A DNA stretch of 58,592 nucleotides from an uncultured Leptolinea sp. (lineage in GTDB: Bacteria > Chloroflexota > Anaerolineae > Anaerolineales > Anaerolineaceae): positions 1 to 58,592 of the forward strand of contig CAYWGX010000001.1 in assembly GCA_964457635.1 (NCBI GenBank), given 5' to 3'. The position numbers and the translations under genes were made by a program. Positions 1 to 10,199 of the stretch are shown piece after piece. Every line of letters starts with the position of its first letter. Position 1 is the first letter of the stretch. Below the pieces are notes generated by a model, which made no database searches, was not told the origin of the DNA, and was given only the letters and a program-made list of their open reading frames with translations.

Positions 1-1
1 C

Positions 2-55
2 AACATGTATATTCCGGGCCGCGGCGGCTGGGCCGGTTCACATTACTATGATTAA
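2..55 (+). CDS. 3' end of a gene truncated by the window edge (…NMYIPGRGGWAGSHYYD*), product unknown
   Basis: Open frame from the window edge to TAA at 53-55, followed by AT-rich intergenic DNA. Confidence 0.4.
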   Translation, partial: NMYIPGRGGWAGSHYYD

Positions 56-139
56 ATGAAATATGAATCTTTTGCTGAACTTACACCGGAAATCCGAATT
101 CATGGTATGATAATAGCCAGAATTTGTAAGGAGTAAATT

Positions 140-469
140 ATGATTAATGAACCTATCCATGTGACTGATGCATCTTATGAACAGGCTGTTCTTAAGTCAG
201 CACTTCCTGTTATTGTCGATTTTTGGGCACCCTGGTGCGGTCCCTGTAAGATGATGGGACCTCTGCTTGACCAGGCTGCGCAGCAGTATGCCGGGAAATT
301 GATCGTTGCCAAGGTGAACATTGATGATGACAGCGATACCGCTGAAGCGCTGGGTATCCAGAGCATCCCGACACTGATCTTTGTCAAAAACGGTGAGATC
401 GTGAATCGTCATACCGGGTCTATGCCCGCGGCTGAATTGAACAAAATGATCCAGGGTTTTCTTGCCTGA
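140..469 (+). CDS. trxA: Thioredoxin
   Basis: DFWAPWCGPCK active site, cis-Pro SIPT motif, AAGGAG RBS. Confidence 0.97.
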   Translation: MINEPIHVTDASYEQAVLKSALPVIVDFWAPWCGPCKMMGPLLDQAAQQYAGKLIVAKVNIDDDSDTAEALGIQSIPTLIFVKNGEIVNRHTGSMPAAELNKMIQGFLA

Positions 470-486
470 GCAGAATCATTTGATGG

Positions 487-517
487 AAAAAGCTCAGCCT
501 TCGGACTGAGCTTTTTT
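487..517 (+). terminator. Rho-independent terminator after trxA
   Basis: AAAAAGCTCAG-ccttcgga-CTGAGCTTTTTT hairpin with U-tract. Confidence 0.85.
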
Positions 518-566
518 AAACCGATAGACGGAATCTATAGAATGATATTTTAGGAAGGAGTTCGAA

Positions 567-1094
567 ATGAAAAGATTGATTCTGATGACGAGCATCTGCG
601 TCCTGCTGATCCTTACTGTTCCTGCTGCTGCAGATACCGTCCGCGAAAATCCTTCCCTGTACAGCTTTGCTGATGTAGTGCATAAACTGCCGAAGATGTG
701 GCTGGCCAATCCGATTGAAGTTCGGGAAATGATGAGAGAGTATCCGGATTATGAATGCTGGCGCAGATATGACATAATTGGCTGTAATTCCGTCAATAAC
801 CGCTTCAGTGCGGAGATGTTTGTCAATTTTCAGTTTTCCTCGGAAGATGATTATGGCTCTCTTTCCCGCGTAGTATTTACAACCATGGTAAATGGCCCGG
901 AAGACGTTCAGAAGGTCATCGAGGCCTTTTGGTTCGATGGATTGGAACCGGCAAATATTTCCGGGGCAAAATATCCGGATGATCAGGTGACCCTCTATTT
1001 CAGCACAGAGGATACCATGATGACTTATAACATCAGCTTTGGATCGGAAGGCGTTTGGCTCGTAACGGTCGAGATGGGGATGATCGTCGGATAA
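567..1094 (+). CDS. Secreted hypothetical protein
   Basis: AGGAG RBS; signal peptide MKRLILMTSICVLLILTVPAAA; no recognised domain. Confidence 0.8.
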   Translation: MKRLILMTSICVLLILTVPAAADTVRENPSLYSFADVVHKLPKMWLANPIEVREMMREYPDYECWRRYDIIGCNSVNNRFSAEMFVNFQFSSEDDYGSLSRVVFTTMVNGPEDVQKVIEAFWFDGLEPANISGAKYPDDQVTLYFSTEDTMMTYNISFGSEGVWLVTVEMGMIVG

Positions 1095-1124
1095 ACGGAC
1101 AAAAGAAAACCTTGAGAGTATGTT

Positions 1125-2060
1125 GTGTTTGAGATAATTTATTTGGGTACATCAGCTTCAGCGCCTTCTGTCAGGCGCAGTTTGCCGTCCATGGTTGTGA
1201 TGTGCAACGAACATCGATTTATGGTGGACTGCGGAGAAGGAACCCAGCGCCAGCTGCTGACTTCGGGTATTGGACTGAAACGGCTGAACCGGATCCTGAT
1301 CACGCATTCTCATCTGGATCATATTCTCGGCCTGGCAGGGCTCGTTTCAACGATGGTCCGTTGGGAAACGATGGAAGAAATGCACATCTATGGTGGAAAT
1401 GATGCAATCGAGCGAATCAAAGATCTGCTCTTTTCCGTGGTGCTGCGCGGCAGCCGCACTCCGACACCTCTGGTTTTCCATAAACTTTCTCCCGGTGTGA
1501 TTTTTGAGGAAAAGAACCTGACAGTCAGCTGTTTTCCTGTAACACATCGTGGTACGGATTCATTTGGTTATAAATTTGTCGAAAAAGGCAAGCGTCCTTT
1601 CCTGCCGGAAAAAGCGGCTGAACTGAAAATCCCGGCAGGACCCTGGCGGAAAAATCTGGTAAATGGGGAATCAGTCACTTTGCCCGATGGGCGAACAATT
1701 GATGCTGAATTAGTTCTCGGAGAATATAAACCAGGTACAACGCTGGTGACAGTCGGTGATACCGGAAATGCTATGGAATTGCTGCCTTTTGTTCAGGGCG
1801 CAGATGCTTTGAGCATTGAATCAACCTATCTCGAGGAAGAAGCTGAAATGGCTAAACAGTATTCTCACTTGACAGCTAAAATGGCTGCTGAACTGGCCAG
1901 GGATGCCGGGGTCGGAAAGCTTTATCTGACCCATGTCTCACGCCGTTACCGGGAGAGAGATATCCTCGCAGAGGCGCAGGCTGTGTTCCCGAATACGGAA
2001 GTCGCGCGGGATTTCTCACAGTTTCAGGTCAAACATGAAAAATCGGAAACCAGAAAATGA
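1125..2060 (+). CDS. rnz: Ribonuclease Z (tRNase Z, MBL fold)
   Basis: LGTSA, DCGEGTQ, THSHLDH, GP-type flexible arm, GDT, HLT, THVSRRY motifs. Confidence 0.93.
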   Translation: MFEIIYLGTSASAPSVRRSLPSMVVMCNEHRFMVDCGEGTQRQLLTSGIGLKRLNRILITHSHLDHILGLAGLVSTMVRWETMEEMHIYGGNDAIERIKDLLFSVVLRGSRTPTPLVFHKLSPGVIFEEKNLTVSCFPVTHRGTDSFGYKFVEKGKRPFLPEKAAELKIPAGPWRKNLVNGESVTLPDGRTIDAELVLGEYKPGTTLVTVGDTGNAMELLPFVQGADALSIESTYLEEEAEMAKQYSHLTAKMAAELARDAGVGKLYLTHVSRRYRERDILAEAQAVFPNTEVARDFSQFQVKHEKSETRK

Positions 2061-2290
2061 AGAATTATGAATGAAGAATGAAGAAAAATCAGGAACGGGG
2101 TGCGTGGTGACGGAAGGCCGACCTTGTGCTTATTTGACGATTTTATCGTAAGAACGGTTTTGCAGGATTCGGCCCTGATTTTGATCTCTATCTGAAAAAC
2201 ATTCTCTTCTCTTCTCTTCGATATCCTATATCCTATATCCTATATCCTATTTCTTATTTCTTATTTCTTATCTCTTATCTCTTATTTTGT
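2050..2290. repeat. Heptamer tandem repeats (AATGAAG-type left; TATCCTA/TTTCTTA/TCTCTTA right) around a nested hairpin, between convergent genes
   Basis: 7-nt periodicity at 2057-2085 and 2222-2287; AAAATCAGG/CCTGATTTT and GGCCGA/TCGGCC inverted arms. Confidence 0.8.
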
Positions 2291-3028
2291 TCAGCTCAAA
2301 GGTATATCGATATACGTACCCCAGAAAAATGCGAACAGTGCTGTCAGCAGCAATTCCTTCAGGTCCCGGTCTGCTTCACATCCGAAAAAGCGGATGCGGT
2401 TATTGGTAAGTTCGGATTTCTTGGATGGTGAAAAGATGGCCATGAAGCGGTCTTTATTGTCCACTTCTTCGGCTTCGACGATGTCATAGGAATAAACTTT
2501 GTGAACGCGTCCTGCAGATTCCAAAGATGCAATGGTATCCGGGCTCAGCGGTTCTGAAGGAATTTGGTAGTCAGAGTCACAGGTATAAATATCTTTGCTT
2601 TTCGTTTTTTTGTTGAAGTGGCAGAACCCGACCAGTTTTTTGTTCTTATCATAAACAGGGTTTGCATTGATCCCTTCATAACTGCGGAAAATCCCGCGCT
2701 GTAAAATGATCTCAATCGTACCGAGTTCAGCTCCATCACCTTTAAATACTTTAGTTTCACGGACGGACGCCTTTATTTTGGCATTGGGATGAGGACGCTT
2801 CTCATCACTGTTGATGTAGTATGTGAAGACAGTTTCGGCATTCAGGCTCTTTTTCTTCTGCTGATTGAACCCTGCTAAAAGAAAAGCCTTTTTTTCTTTC
2901 AATTCTGCAGGTTCGTTATAGCAGAACGGGCTTCCGAAAGTGAATGCATAGGTCCCTTTTGTGTCTATGAAGTGTGCTATGTTTTGAACGTTAGCTTCCA
3001 GCGGAAAACTCAGCTCATCGAGATTCAT
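2291..3028 (-). CDS. Hypothetical protein
   Basis: 245-aa ORF with AGGGAG RBS; beta-rich with a C-terminal hydrophobic helix; no confident family. Confidence 0.75.
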   Translation of the reverse strand: MNLDELSFPLEANVQNIAHFIDTKGTYAFTFGSPFCYNEPAELKEKKAFLLAGFNQQKKKSLNAETVFTYYINSDEKRPHPNAKIKASVRETKVFKGDGAELGTIEIILQRGIFRSYEGINANPVYDKNKKLVGFCHFNKKTKSKDIYTCDSDYQIPSEPLSPDTIASLESAGRVHKVYSYDIVEAEEVDNKDRFMAIFSPSKKSELTNNRIRFFGCEADRDLKELLLTALFAFFWGTYIDIPLS

Positions 3029-3184
3029 TTTATTATCTCCCTTATTGAATGAAATGGGTGACCATTCAGAATAATTCTGTATGACCGGCTGGTTTATTTA
3101 CAAATCTAACTGCTGTGAGACATAGATCTGCGTCTGTCAGCAGCGATCGTGAAATAAATTATACATCATGAAACAAGCTTTGAA

Positions 3185-4213
3185 TCATATTTTGTATGGT
3201 TTTCCCATGGCCGGTGCACTGCAGGATGATCTCTCTACCAATTCGGGTTCGATGATTTCATAGGATAATGCTGATGCTTTATTTTCAATTTTCCGAATCA
3301 GCATCTTTACTGCACGGGATGCCATTTCTTCTTTCGGTTGAGCAACTGTGGTCAAATCGATTTGGGGAAGGGAGGTGATCCGGATGTTGTCAAAACCGAG
3401 CAGTGATATATCTTCGGGAATTCGGATGTGTTTTTCACGGGCTGCCTGCATCAGGCCGATAGCGTTTGAATCTGTAGAAGCGAAGACAGCCGTAATTTCC
3501 TCTCCCAGCTCCCAAACTTTATATGACATTTCATAGCCCAGTTCAATTGAGCTTGAGGATGATTCAAAGTAAATGATTTTTGGTTGAATTCCGAGTTCCA
3601 GACAGGCTTCTTTGTATCCTTCCGCCCGCAGTTGATGGGTTGTGCTTCCGGTACGGCAGCCATAATAAAGAACATTCCGATGGCCGAGTTTATACAAATA
3701 TTCTGTTCCCAGCTTAGTACCCTGTTTGTTGTCTACCGAAATATAGCTGCCGTTCTGATCTTTGAGGTTTTCACTCAGATACACCGAAGGAATCAGTTCA
3801 GTATAGCGCTGAAGATTTTCACAGGATTCCGGTTTCTGAGGGATAATCAGAACGCCATCCACCTGATGTCCCACCATCAGCTGCATTGCCTTCTGTTCCT
3901 GACTAAGATCCGGATGGGAATTGCAAAGAATCAGGTTATAGCCAAAACGGCGGGCAGTCACCTCTGCATGGTATGCGAGCTCCGACATGAAAGGATTATC
4001 AATAGACGGAACGATCAGTCCGATCAGTTCCGTCTTTTTCTTGATCATCGAGCGTGCGATGTAATTGGTAGTATAACCCATCTCCTCACAAATCCTGAGA
4101 ATACGGTCCCGGGTATCATTGCTGATTTCAGGATTTCCGGACAATGCCCGGGAGACCGTAGTGAAGGAGACGTTAGCAACTTTTGCTACATCTTTGAGTG
4201 TGACTTTAGCCAT
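3185..4213 (-). CDS. LacI family transcriptional regulator
   Basis: N-terminal TLKDVAKVANVSFTTVSRAL HTH; periplasmic-binding-like effector domain (IPEDISLLGFD, LTTV). Confidence 0.95.
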   Translation of the reverse strand: MAKVTLKDVAKVANVSFTTVSRALSGNPEISNDTRDRILRICEEMGYTTNYIARSMIKKKTELIGLIVPSIDNPFMSELAYHAEVTARRFGYNLILCNSHPDLSQEQKAMQLMVGHQVDGVLIIPQKPESCENLQRYTELIPSVYLSENLKDQNGSYISVDNKQGTKLGTEYLYKLGHRNVLYYGCRTGSTTHQLRAEGYKEACLELGIQPKIIYFESSSSSIELGYEMSYKVWELGEEITAVFASTDSNAIGLMQAAREKHIRIPEDISLLGFDNIRITSLPQIDLTTVAQPKEEMASRAVKMLIRKIENKASALSYEIIEPELVERSSCSAPAMGKPYKI

Positions 4214-4216
4214 TTT

Positions 4217-5287
4217 TTACTGGCTGTCCGCAGCCATCATCGTTTCCGCGGCAGATTTTGTCATTTCAATGACTTCCGGTTCCAGCGTCGGTGTCGGTAG
4301 TGTCCATTCCATCGTTTCTCGTGATATTTCGCCTTCTTTCCAGGGCAGGAGACTGAGAAAATCGCTGTAATTCAGACCACCGGTAATTTCTACCCGTGGG
4401 ATGAAGAAGATGTTATTCATTGAAACTTCATTACCCTGCACTCTGAGCCGGCAGAAGCACGCTTTATATACATTGGAAGCACGCCGAATGATTTCACCTT
4501 CCGGGTCAGTATAGCCGTCCGGGTAGGAGAAGGCAAGTATTTGCGTATTCGGGAACAGTTCTTCCAGCTTTGGCTTTGAAGCGCTGATTTCATTTCCCCA
4601 TGAACCGCGGTCGGCAAGTCCGTTTCCATAGTAACCGGAAGAGCCGATTTCCCAGCCGTCTGCCAGCAGTGTGTTGATCTGTTCAGAAGATAAAGAGTTC
4701 TTTGCGTCAACATGGTTTGCCGGGATAAAAATATTGCCGACAAGTCCGTATTTTTTCATTGTCGGATAAGCATTTTTCCATTGCCCCAGTTTGCTTGAGT
4801 CAAAGGTGACCAAAACCGGTCGTTCGGGCAGTTCTCCTCCTTCATAGATTACTTTTACCATGTCTGAGATGGTGATGGTTGTATAATTCATCTCGCTCAG
4901 AATACGCATCTGCTGTTCGAATTCGACCGGTTTTACGTACCAGGCGTCATTTTCCCATTGATAGTATTTATCATCATTACTGTCTTTGACGACATCGTGA
5001 TAATAAAGAATCAGGATATCCGCACTGCCTTTTTCATGCATGGCCCAGGTGGGACTGGGTTCTATTGTCGGGGTTGGTGTGATCGTCGGTGTAGGAGTTT
5101 CCGTCGGAATTTCCGTATTGGTGGGGGTGGGTGTTGGCGGTGTCAGAGATCCGATCGCATTGACTCTTGCTTCCAGGGTTGACGCAACGATCGTGCGTGC
5201 CATTTCTTCTGTAACCTTTTCCGGAAGGTTGCAGGAAGTTAAAATAAGTACAAAAAGCACAAGACAGATAAGCAGTTTGTTTTTCAT
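4217..5287 (-). CDS. Lipoprotein with Pro/Thr linker and a degenerate polysaccharide deacetylase (NodB) domain
   Basis: Lipobox LTSC; PTPT linker; ILYYHDV, FEQQM, LPERPVLVTFD, FSYPDG motifs. Confidence 0.85.
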   Translation of the reverse strand: MKNKLLICLVLFVLILTSCNLPEKVTEEMARTIVASTLEARVNAIGSLTPPTPTPTNTEIPTETPTPTITPTPTIEPSPTWAMHEKGSADILILYYHDVVKDSNDDKYYQWENDAWYVKPVEFEQQMRILSEMNYTTITISDMVKVIYEGGELPERPVLVTFDSSKLGQWKNAYPTMKKYGLVGNIFIPANHVDAKNSLSSEQINTLLADGWEIGSSGYYGNGLADRGSWGNEISASKPKLEELFPNTQILAFSYPDGYTDPEGEIIRRASNVYKACFCRLRVQGNEVSMNNIFFIPRVEITGGLNYSDFLSLLPWKEGEISRETMEWTLPTPTLEPEVIEMTKSAAETMMAADSQ

Positions 5288-5318
5288 AAGGCTCTCCCCT
5301 CTGAATCGTTACTTAATT

Positions 5319-6056
5319 CTACCCCAGATTCAGAATTTTACTAAACAAATGGACGCCATTGTCAATCATCAATTCGGATCCTGTCATTCCGGGATCCTTC
5401 ATCAGAAAACAGACCCCATTCACGACCTGTTTAACGATATTCTGATTGTCTGTCATCGCCCTCTTTTGACGCTGATTCCATATAGATTCTGACTCACGCT
5501 CTCCCTTTATAGCCAATCCGGGAGAAAGCAGATTGACGGATATTCCCGGAGCATATTCTGCAGCCATTTGTTCTGTGAGAAATTTCAGGGCATGTTTGCT
5601 CAATGCATATACTGCATGCTGCCGCATGCCGCTTGATATGTTCGCATCACCAATCGAGATGATCCGCTTTGCGGAGGGAAAATCGTTGGCAAAATGCCTG
5701 GAAAGGTACCATATTGCCTTTAAATTGGTATTCAGGACTGTGTCCCATTCGTCTGGGTTTGTTTCCTGAAGGGTATTTCTGCAGAATATAGATGCATTGT
5801 TGATCAGTGTGGTCAGCTGATCGTTCTCCGAAGAAGAAATAATGCTGAGCATTTCATCGATCTGGCTGATCTCAGTCAGGTCGCATTTTATGCACTCAGC
5901 GTGTCCGCCGTTTTCAATGATCCTGTCCCGAAGAGAGCTGGCTTCTGCCTGATGTGTCAGATAATGGATCCAGACAAAACAGCCGTCAGCAGCCAGATTT
6001 TCGGCGATCCGGCTGCCAAGTCTGCGTGCTGCTCCGGTGATCAATACGGTTTCCAT
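5319..6056 (-). CDS. SDR family oxidoreductase (pteridine reductase-like)
   Basis: TGAARRLG, NNAS and YALSK motifs. Confidence 0.9.
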   Translation of the reverse strand: METVLITGAARRLGSRIAENLAADGCFVWIHYLTHQAEASSLRDRIIENGGHAECIKCDLTEISQIDEMLSIISSSENDQLTTLINNASIFCRNTLQETNPDEWDTVLNTNLKAIWYLSRHFANDFPSAKRIISIGDANISSGMRQHAVYALSKHALKFLTEQMAAEYAPGISVNLLSPGLAIKGERESESIWNQRQKRAMTDNQNIVKQVVNGVCFLMKDPGMTGSELMIDNGVHLFSKILNLG

Positions 6057-6058
6057 AG

Positions 6059-7243
6059 TCAGCTGTTCAGCGAATTTTCAAGGATTTCTGCCAGGTCGTC
6101 ATCTGTCAGACGGTAACGGTCACGGGTCAGCGGTCCCCCGCCGACCCAATGCGTCATGCGGACCATTTCATCGATTTGATCCGCATCAAACCCGTAATTA
6201 GCGAGCTTCAGATGATCCAGACCGAGTTTTGTTTTCCAGTTATGCAATTCCTGCAGCAGGGCTTCTGCCTTCTCTCTTTCGTCAGCACCTGAAGGTGCGA
6301 TGCCCAGTGCATCTGCTGCTTCCGCGTAGCGATATGGAACATTGGCTGCCAGCTTGGCATGGAATGCGTCGAAGATCATGCCAAGCCCGCCGCCATGAGT
6401 GACCTGTGGATTCATGCCGCTGAGCATGTGTTCCAGGGTGTGAGCTGCAGATGCAGAAGATAGATAGAGTACCATGCCGCCCAGCATGGAGCCGTATGAA
6501 ACATGATAGCGGGCTTCGATATCTGATCCTTTTTCCACTGCGCGCGGGAGCCAATGATAAATCGCTTTCAGCCCGTCGAGGGCAAAAAGATCACTGATCA
6601 GATTTGCTTTGACCGAAAGAAACGCTTCCAGACAATGGCAGAAGGCATCAAAACCCTGTTCGGCAGTGTGCTGAGGCGGGATGGAAAGGGTCAGTTCCGG
6701 GTCAATATAAGCAGAATGGACAAAGTCAGTGCGCACCCCGATTTTTTCTTTCCGCTCAACATCTGTGATGACGGCGGTTTTGTTGCCTTCGCTGCCGGTG
6801 CCTGCTGTGGTAGGAATCGCGATCATGGGCAGCGGTTTCACACTCATCTTTTTCCCGGCCCCGGAACCGGAGCCGGTATAGTCCCATAAGCTGCCTTCAT
6901 TGACTGCCATAGCTGCAATGCCCTTTGCAGTGTCAAGGGCACTTCCGCCGCCCAGGCCGATCACACAATCAATTTGATTTTCGCGGGCTATGACAGCTCC
7001 TTCCATTACAGATGTCAGCGATGGGTTCGCATTGACACCGTCGAACAGGGTGATATGCTCTGCCTTTTGTTGGATCATCGCCATCAGCCGGTCAACGGTG
7101 CCGTTTTGACGGATCGTGCGGCCGCCGGTAACGATCATCACCTGCTTTCCGGGCAGAGATGCTTTCTGCAGTTCATCCATAACACCGCAGCCAAAGCGGA
7201 GATCAGCCGGTATACCAAAGGAGAATTTGTCAAGCCCGCTCAT
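6059..7243 (-). CDS. Iron-containing alcohol dehydrogenase
   Basis: GLGGGSALD, IPTTAGTGSE, DAFCH, AHTLEH and HG metal-ligand motifs. Confidence 0.95.
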   Translation of the reverse strand: MSGLDKFSFGIPADLRFGCGVMDELQKASLPGKQVMIVTGGRTIRQNGTVDRLMAMIQQKAEHITLFDGVNANPSLTSVMEGAVIARENQIDCVIGLGGGSALDTAKGIAAMAVNEGSLWDYTGSGSGAGKKMSVKPLPMIAIPTTAGTGSEGNKTAVITDVERKEKIGVRTDFVHSAYIDPELTLSIPPQHTAEQGFDAFCHCLEAFLSVKANLISDLFALDGLKAIYHWLPRAVEKGSDIEARYHVSYGSMLGGMVLYLSSASAAHTLEHMLSGMNPQVTHGGGLGMIFDAFHAKLAANVPYRYAEAADALGIAPSGADEREKAEALLQELHNWKTKLGLDHLKLANYGFDADQIDEMVRMTHWVGGGPLTRDRYRLTDDDLAEILENSLNS

Positions 7244-7256
7244 ATTTTTAATCCTT

Positions 7257-8753
7257 TCAGACGTTGTTGGCCTTCAGAAATTCAGCTGCATCTGCAATGC
7301 GCTGCAGCACTTTTTCTTTCCCGATCACTTCCATGCAGTCAAAGAGAGGCGGTGTGACCTTTTGCCCTGAGATCGCTCCCCTCAGCAGGCCGAAAACCTG
7401 TCCGGGTTTGTATCCAAGTTCAGCGACCATATCGCGCAGCGGCTGCTCCATGGCTGCTGCGGTGAATTCCGGCAGGGATTCGATCACTTCGTATGACCGC
7501 TCTGCGATCTTTATGCAGTCGCTGATTTCAAGTTTTTTCTGCATCAGCTGATCCATGACCGGCGGAATATTTTCTTCGAAAAGGAATCTCGCGACCTCAG
7601 GACCGTCTGTGAGCCTTACCATCCGTTCCTGAATGCAGGGGATGACTTTATAAACCCCTTCGTAGTCTGTGTCAATGCCTGCTTTTTTGAAAAACGGCAG
7701 CAGACGCTGTGCCAGATCCTCGCGGGAAAGGCTGCGGATGTGAGCACCGTTGAAATGATCCAGCTTCTGGAAGTTCATCGCAGCCGGAGCAGGGTTCAGG
7801 TGATCAAAAGAGAATTTTTCAACCAGGTCGTTCATCGTGAAGAAATCATCATCGCCGTCAAAGCTTGCGCCCATCTGTGCGACCCAGTTGGTGACCGCTT
7901 CCGGAATGTAGCCAAGGTCGGCAAAATCTGTCAGGAACACAGCATATCCCTGTTTCAGCAGCTCTTCCGATTCACGTTTGGACAATTTCCCTTTGCCGCT
8001 GGGACTCAGCAAAACAGAGAGATGGACCCATTCCGGTTCTTCCCAGCCCAATGCCTGATAAATCATATGATGAAGCGGGAGCGAGGGGAGCCATTCCGAA
8101 CTTCGGATCACATGAGTGATGCCCATCATATGGTCATCGACCATGGCTGCCAGGTGGTAGAGCGCCCAGCCATCCGTTTTCAGGATAATGGCGTCTTCCA
8201 GCTGTTTGTTATCGATGGTGATATCTCCGCGCAGCATGTCATGCACAACCGTTGTACCTTCCTGAGGAACCTTGAGACGAACGACATGCGGTTCACCGGC
8301 TGCTACGCGGCGTTTTGCCTCTTCCAGGGGAATATCGCGGCAGTGACCGTCGTAATGCGGGAATTCATTGTTTGCTGCCTGTTGTTTGCGCATCTCTTCC
8401 AGTCGTTCGGGTGTGCAGAAACAATAATAAGCGTCCCCCTGCTCGACAAGCTGTTCGGCGACCTTTTGATAGATTTCTTTTCTTTCTGTTTGGCGGTAAG
8501 GCCCAAAAGGACCGCCGATATCCGGGCCTTCATCCCATTCAATACCCAGCCAGTGAAGTCCGTCAATGATTTCCTGTTCTGCGGTCGGGACATAACGGGT
8601 TCTGTCTGTATCCTCAATACGCAGAATGAACTGACCGCCGGTTTTTTTTGCGATCAGGTAATCATAGAGAGCCGTCCTGGCTCCACCCAAATGCAGCCTT
8701 CCCGTCGGTGAAGGTGCAAAACGGACACGTGCCGGTTTCATTTCATCTGTCAT
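7257..8753 (-). CDS. gltX: Glutamate--tRNA ligase (start placed at ATG 8753)
   Basis: RVRFAPSPTG, HLGG (HIGH), LRIEDTD, KLSKR (KMSKS); AAAGGA RBS before MTDEMK. Confidence 0.97.
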   Translation of the reverse strand: MTDEMKPARVRFAPSPTGRLHLGGARTALYDYLIAKKTGGQFILRIEDTDRTRYVPTAEQEIIDGLHWLGIEWDEGPDIGGPFGPYRQTERKEIYQKVAEQLVEQGDAYYCFCTPERLEEMRKQQAANNEFPHYDGHCRDIPLEEAKRRVAAGEPHVVRLKVPQEGTTVVHDMLRGDITIDNKQLEDAIILKTDGWALYHLAAMVDDHMMGITHVIRSSEWLPSLPLHHMIYQALGWEEPEWVHLSVLLSPSGKGKLSKRESEELLKQGYAVFLTDFADLGYIPEAVTNWVAQMGASFDGDDDFFTMNDLVEKFSFDHLNPAPAAMNFQKLDHFNGAHIRSLSREDLAQRLLPFFKKAGIDTDYEGVYKVIPCIQERMVRLTDGPEVARFLFEENIPPVMDQLMQKKLEISDCIKIAERSYEVIESLPEFTAAAMEQPLRDMVAELGYKPGQVFGLLRGAISGQKVTPPLFDCMEVIGKEKVLQRIADAAEFLKANNV

Positions 8754-8809
8754 TATTATTAATTTCCTTTCATTTTTAGGATCCGAATTCACTAATGGCT
8801 TGTGGAATT

Positions 8810-8880
8810 CCGACTCACTTGATTCTTGTTCCTCGATCTTTTTTCCACCCTTACCCTCCGAATCCTGATTCCTGATTCAT
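8810..8880 (-). repeat. Degenerate heptamer repeats (GAATCAG-type) between rodA and gltX
   Basis: Minus strand reads GAATCAG GAATCAG GATTCGG ... TCGAGGA ACAAGAA TCAAGTG. Confidence 0.55.
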
Positions 8881-8885
8881 AAACC

Positions 8886-10013
8886 CTATACTATTTCAGT
8901 TTTCTTTTCCGAACTGACTGCCACGCATTCTACCAGGCCGATCCCCATCGCCAGTGCCATGGTCGAAGAACCTCCGTAGCTGATGAAAGGCAGGGTCAGA
9001 CCGGTCACAGGCAGAACCTGAAGGTTCACGCCCATGTTCACGACCATCTGGAAGAAGAACAGTGTCGCAATACCGTAACAAATCAACGCTCCGAAAAAAT
9101 CAGGCGCATTTCGGGCTATGTGAATGATCCGCAGGACCATGAATGAGAGTACGATGATCACCAGCATGGCTCCGATAAAACCGAATTCCTGCCCTAACGC
9201 GGAAAAGATAAAGTCCGTGTGCCGCACTTTCAAAAAGCGCAGCTGGACCTGTGTTCCGTTTCCGTAGCCCTGACCGAACAGTCTGCCGGAGCCAAGGGAG
9301 ATCACTGCCTGGTCAATGTTGTAGGAGTCCCCGTAACGGGCGTCCGGATCAGGGGCGATGAAAGTTCGTACACGGTTCAGCTGGTATTCCTGTACAAAAG
9401 GCACAGTCTCCGGTGAGACGAAGATCCAGACCAGCAGACCGATAACGACGAAAATACCTACGATCCCCAGCAGAACCAGACTTTTCATCGGAATGCCGCT
9501 CGCCCAGATCATGGAGAACCATAAAACCACCATCACGATGGACGTTGACATATTCGGCTGCAGCAGAATGAACACGACAATACCGAAGTCCAGCGCAAAG
9601 CTTTTGATGATCCACATCAGGTCATGTTTGTCATTGTCGTGATCGGCAAAGTATTTGGCGAGGCGGACGATCAGAATCAGCTTCGCGAATTCTGACGGCT
9701 GCAGGGAGATGGGACCGATACGGAACCAGCGGGCAGACCCGAATGCGGCAGTACCGAACAGGCGCAGTGCGATAAGCAGCAGGATGATCCCGATGTACAT
9801 GATGTTCGCCAGTGAATCCAGATAGTGGTAATCAAAAAAGGCACAGGCCAATATGAACACTAACCCGATACTGACGTATAGGATCTGACTGTTGATTGAA
9901 ACTTCCAGATTTCCGGCAAGTGCGGATTGGATCATGACAATGCCGAAAAAGCACAGGATGATCACAACACCAAACAGCCAAAAATCAAAATTACGCCAAC
10001 GTTCCCGACGCAT
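8886..10013 (-). CDS. rodA: Rod shape-determining protein RodA (SEDS family)
   Basis: RWF..LQPSEFAK, HTDFIF, PVTGLTLPFISYGGSS motifs; follows mrdA. Confidence 0.95.
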   Translation of the reverse strand: MRRERWRNFDFWLFGVVIILCFFGIVMIQSALAGNLEVSINSQILYVSIGLVFILACAFFDYHYLDSLANIMYIGIILLLIALRLFGTAAFGSARWFRIGPISLQPSEFAKLILIVRLAKYFADHDNDKHDLMWIIKSFALDFGIVVFILLQPNMSTSIVMVVLWFSMIWASGIPMKSLVLLGIVGIFVVIGLLVWIFVSPETVPFVQEYQLNRVRTFIAPDPDARYGDSYNIDQAVISLGSGRLFGQGYGNGTQVQLRFLKVRHTDFIFSALGQEFGFIGAMLVIIVLSFMVLRIIHIARNAPDFFGALICYGIATLFFFQMVVNMGVNLQVLPVTGLTLPFISYGGSSTMALAMGIGLVECVAVSSEKKTEIV

Positions 10014-10037
10014 CTCTACTTCCAGTTATTCATTACA

Positions 10038-10199
10038 GAGGGCCCTTAGAGACTCCAATAATCAGAACCTCATTCACTACATATCTACTATGGCGCGGGA
10101 TTCAGAATTCTTTTTCTTCGGGAAAAAACTTCCCCGCGCCATGAGCTCCGGGGGCTATGCAGCCCCCATACCCCCGCTGAAAAGTTTTCAGAGGCCCCC
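10038..10199. mobile_element. Degenerate non-autonomous MITE-like element, 162 bp
   Basis: Imperfect 17-bp terminal inverted repeats (11/17 by eye); TACA direct repeats at 10034-10037 and 10200-10203; internal hairpins ATGGCGCGGG/CCCGCGCCAT and GGGGGCT/AGCCCCC. Confidence 0.55.
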
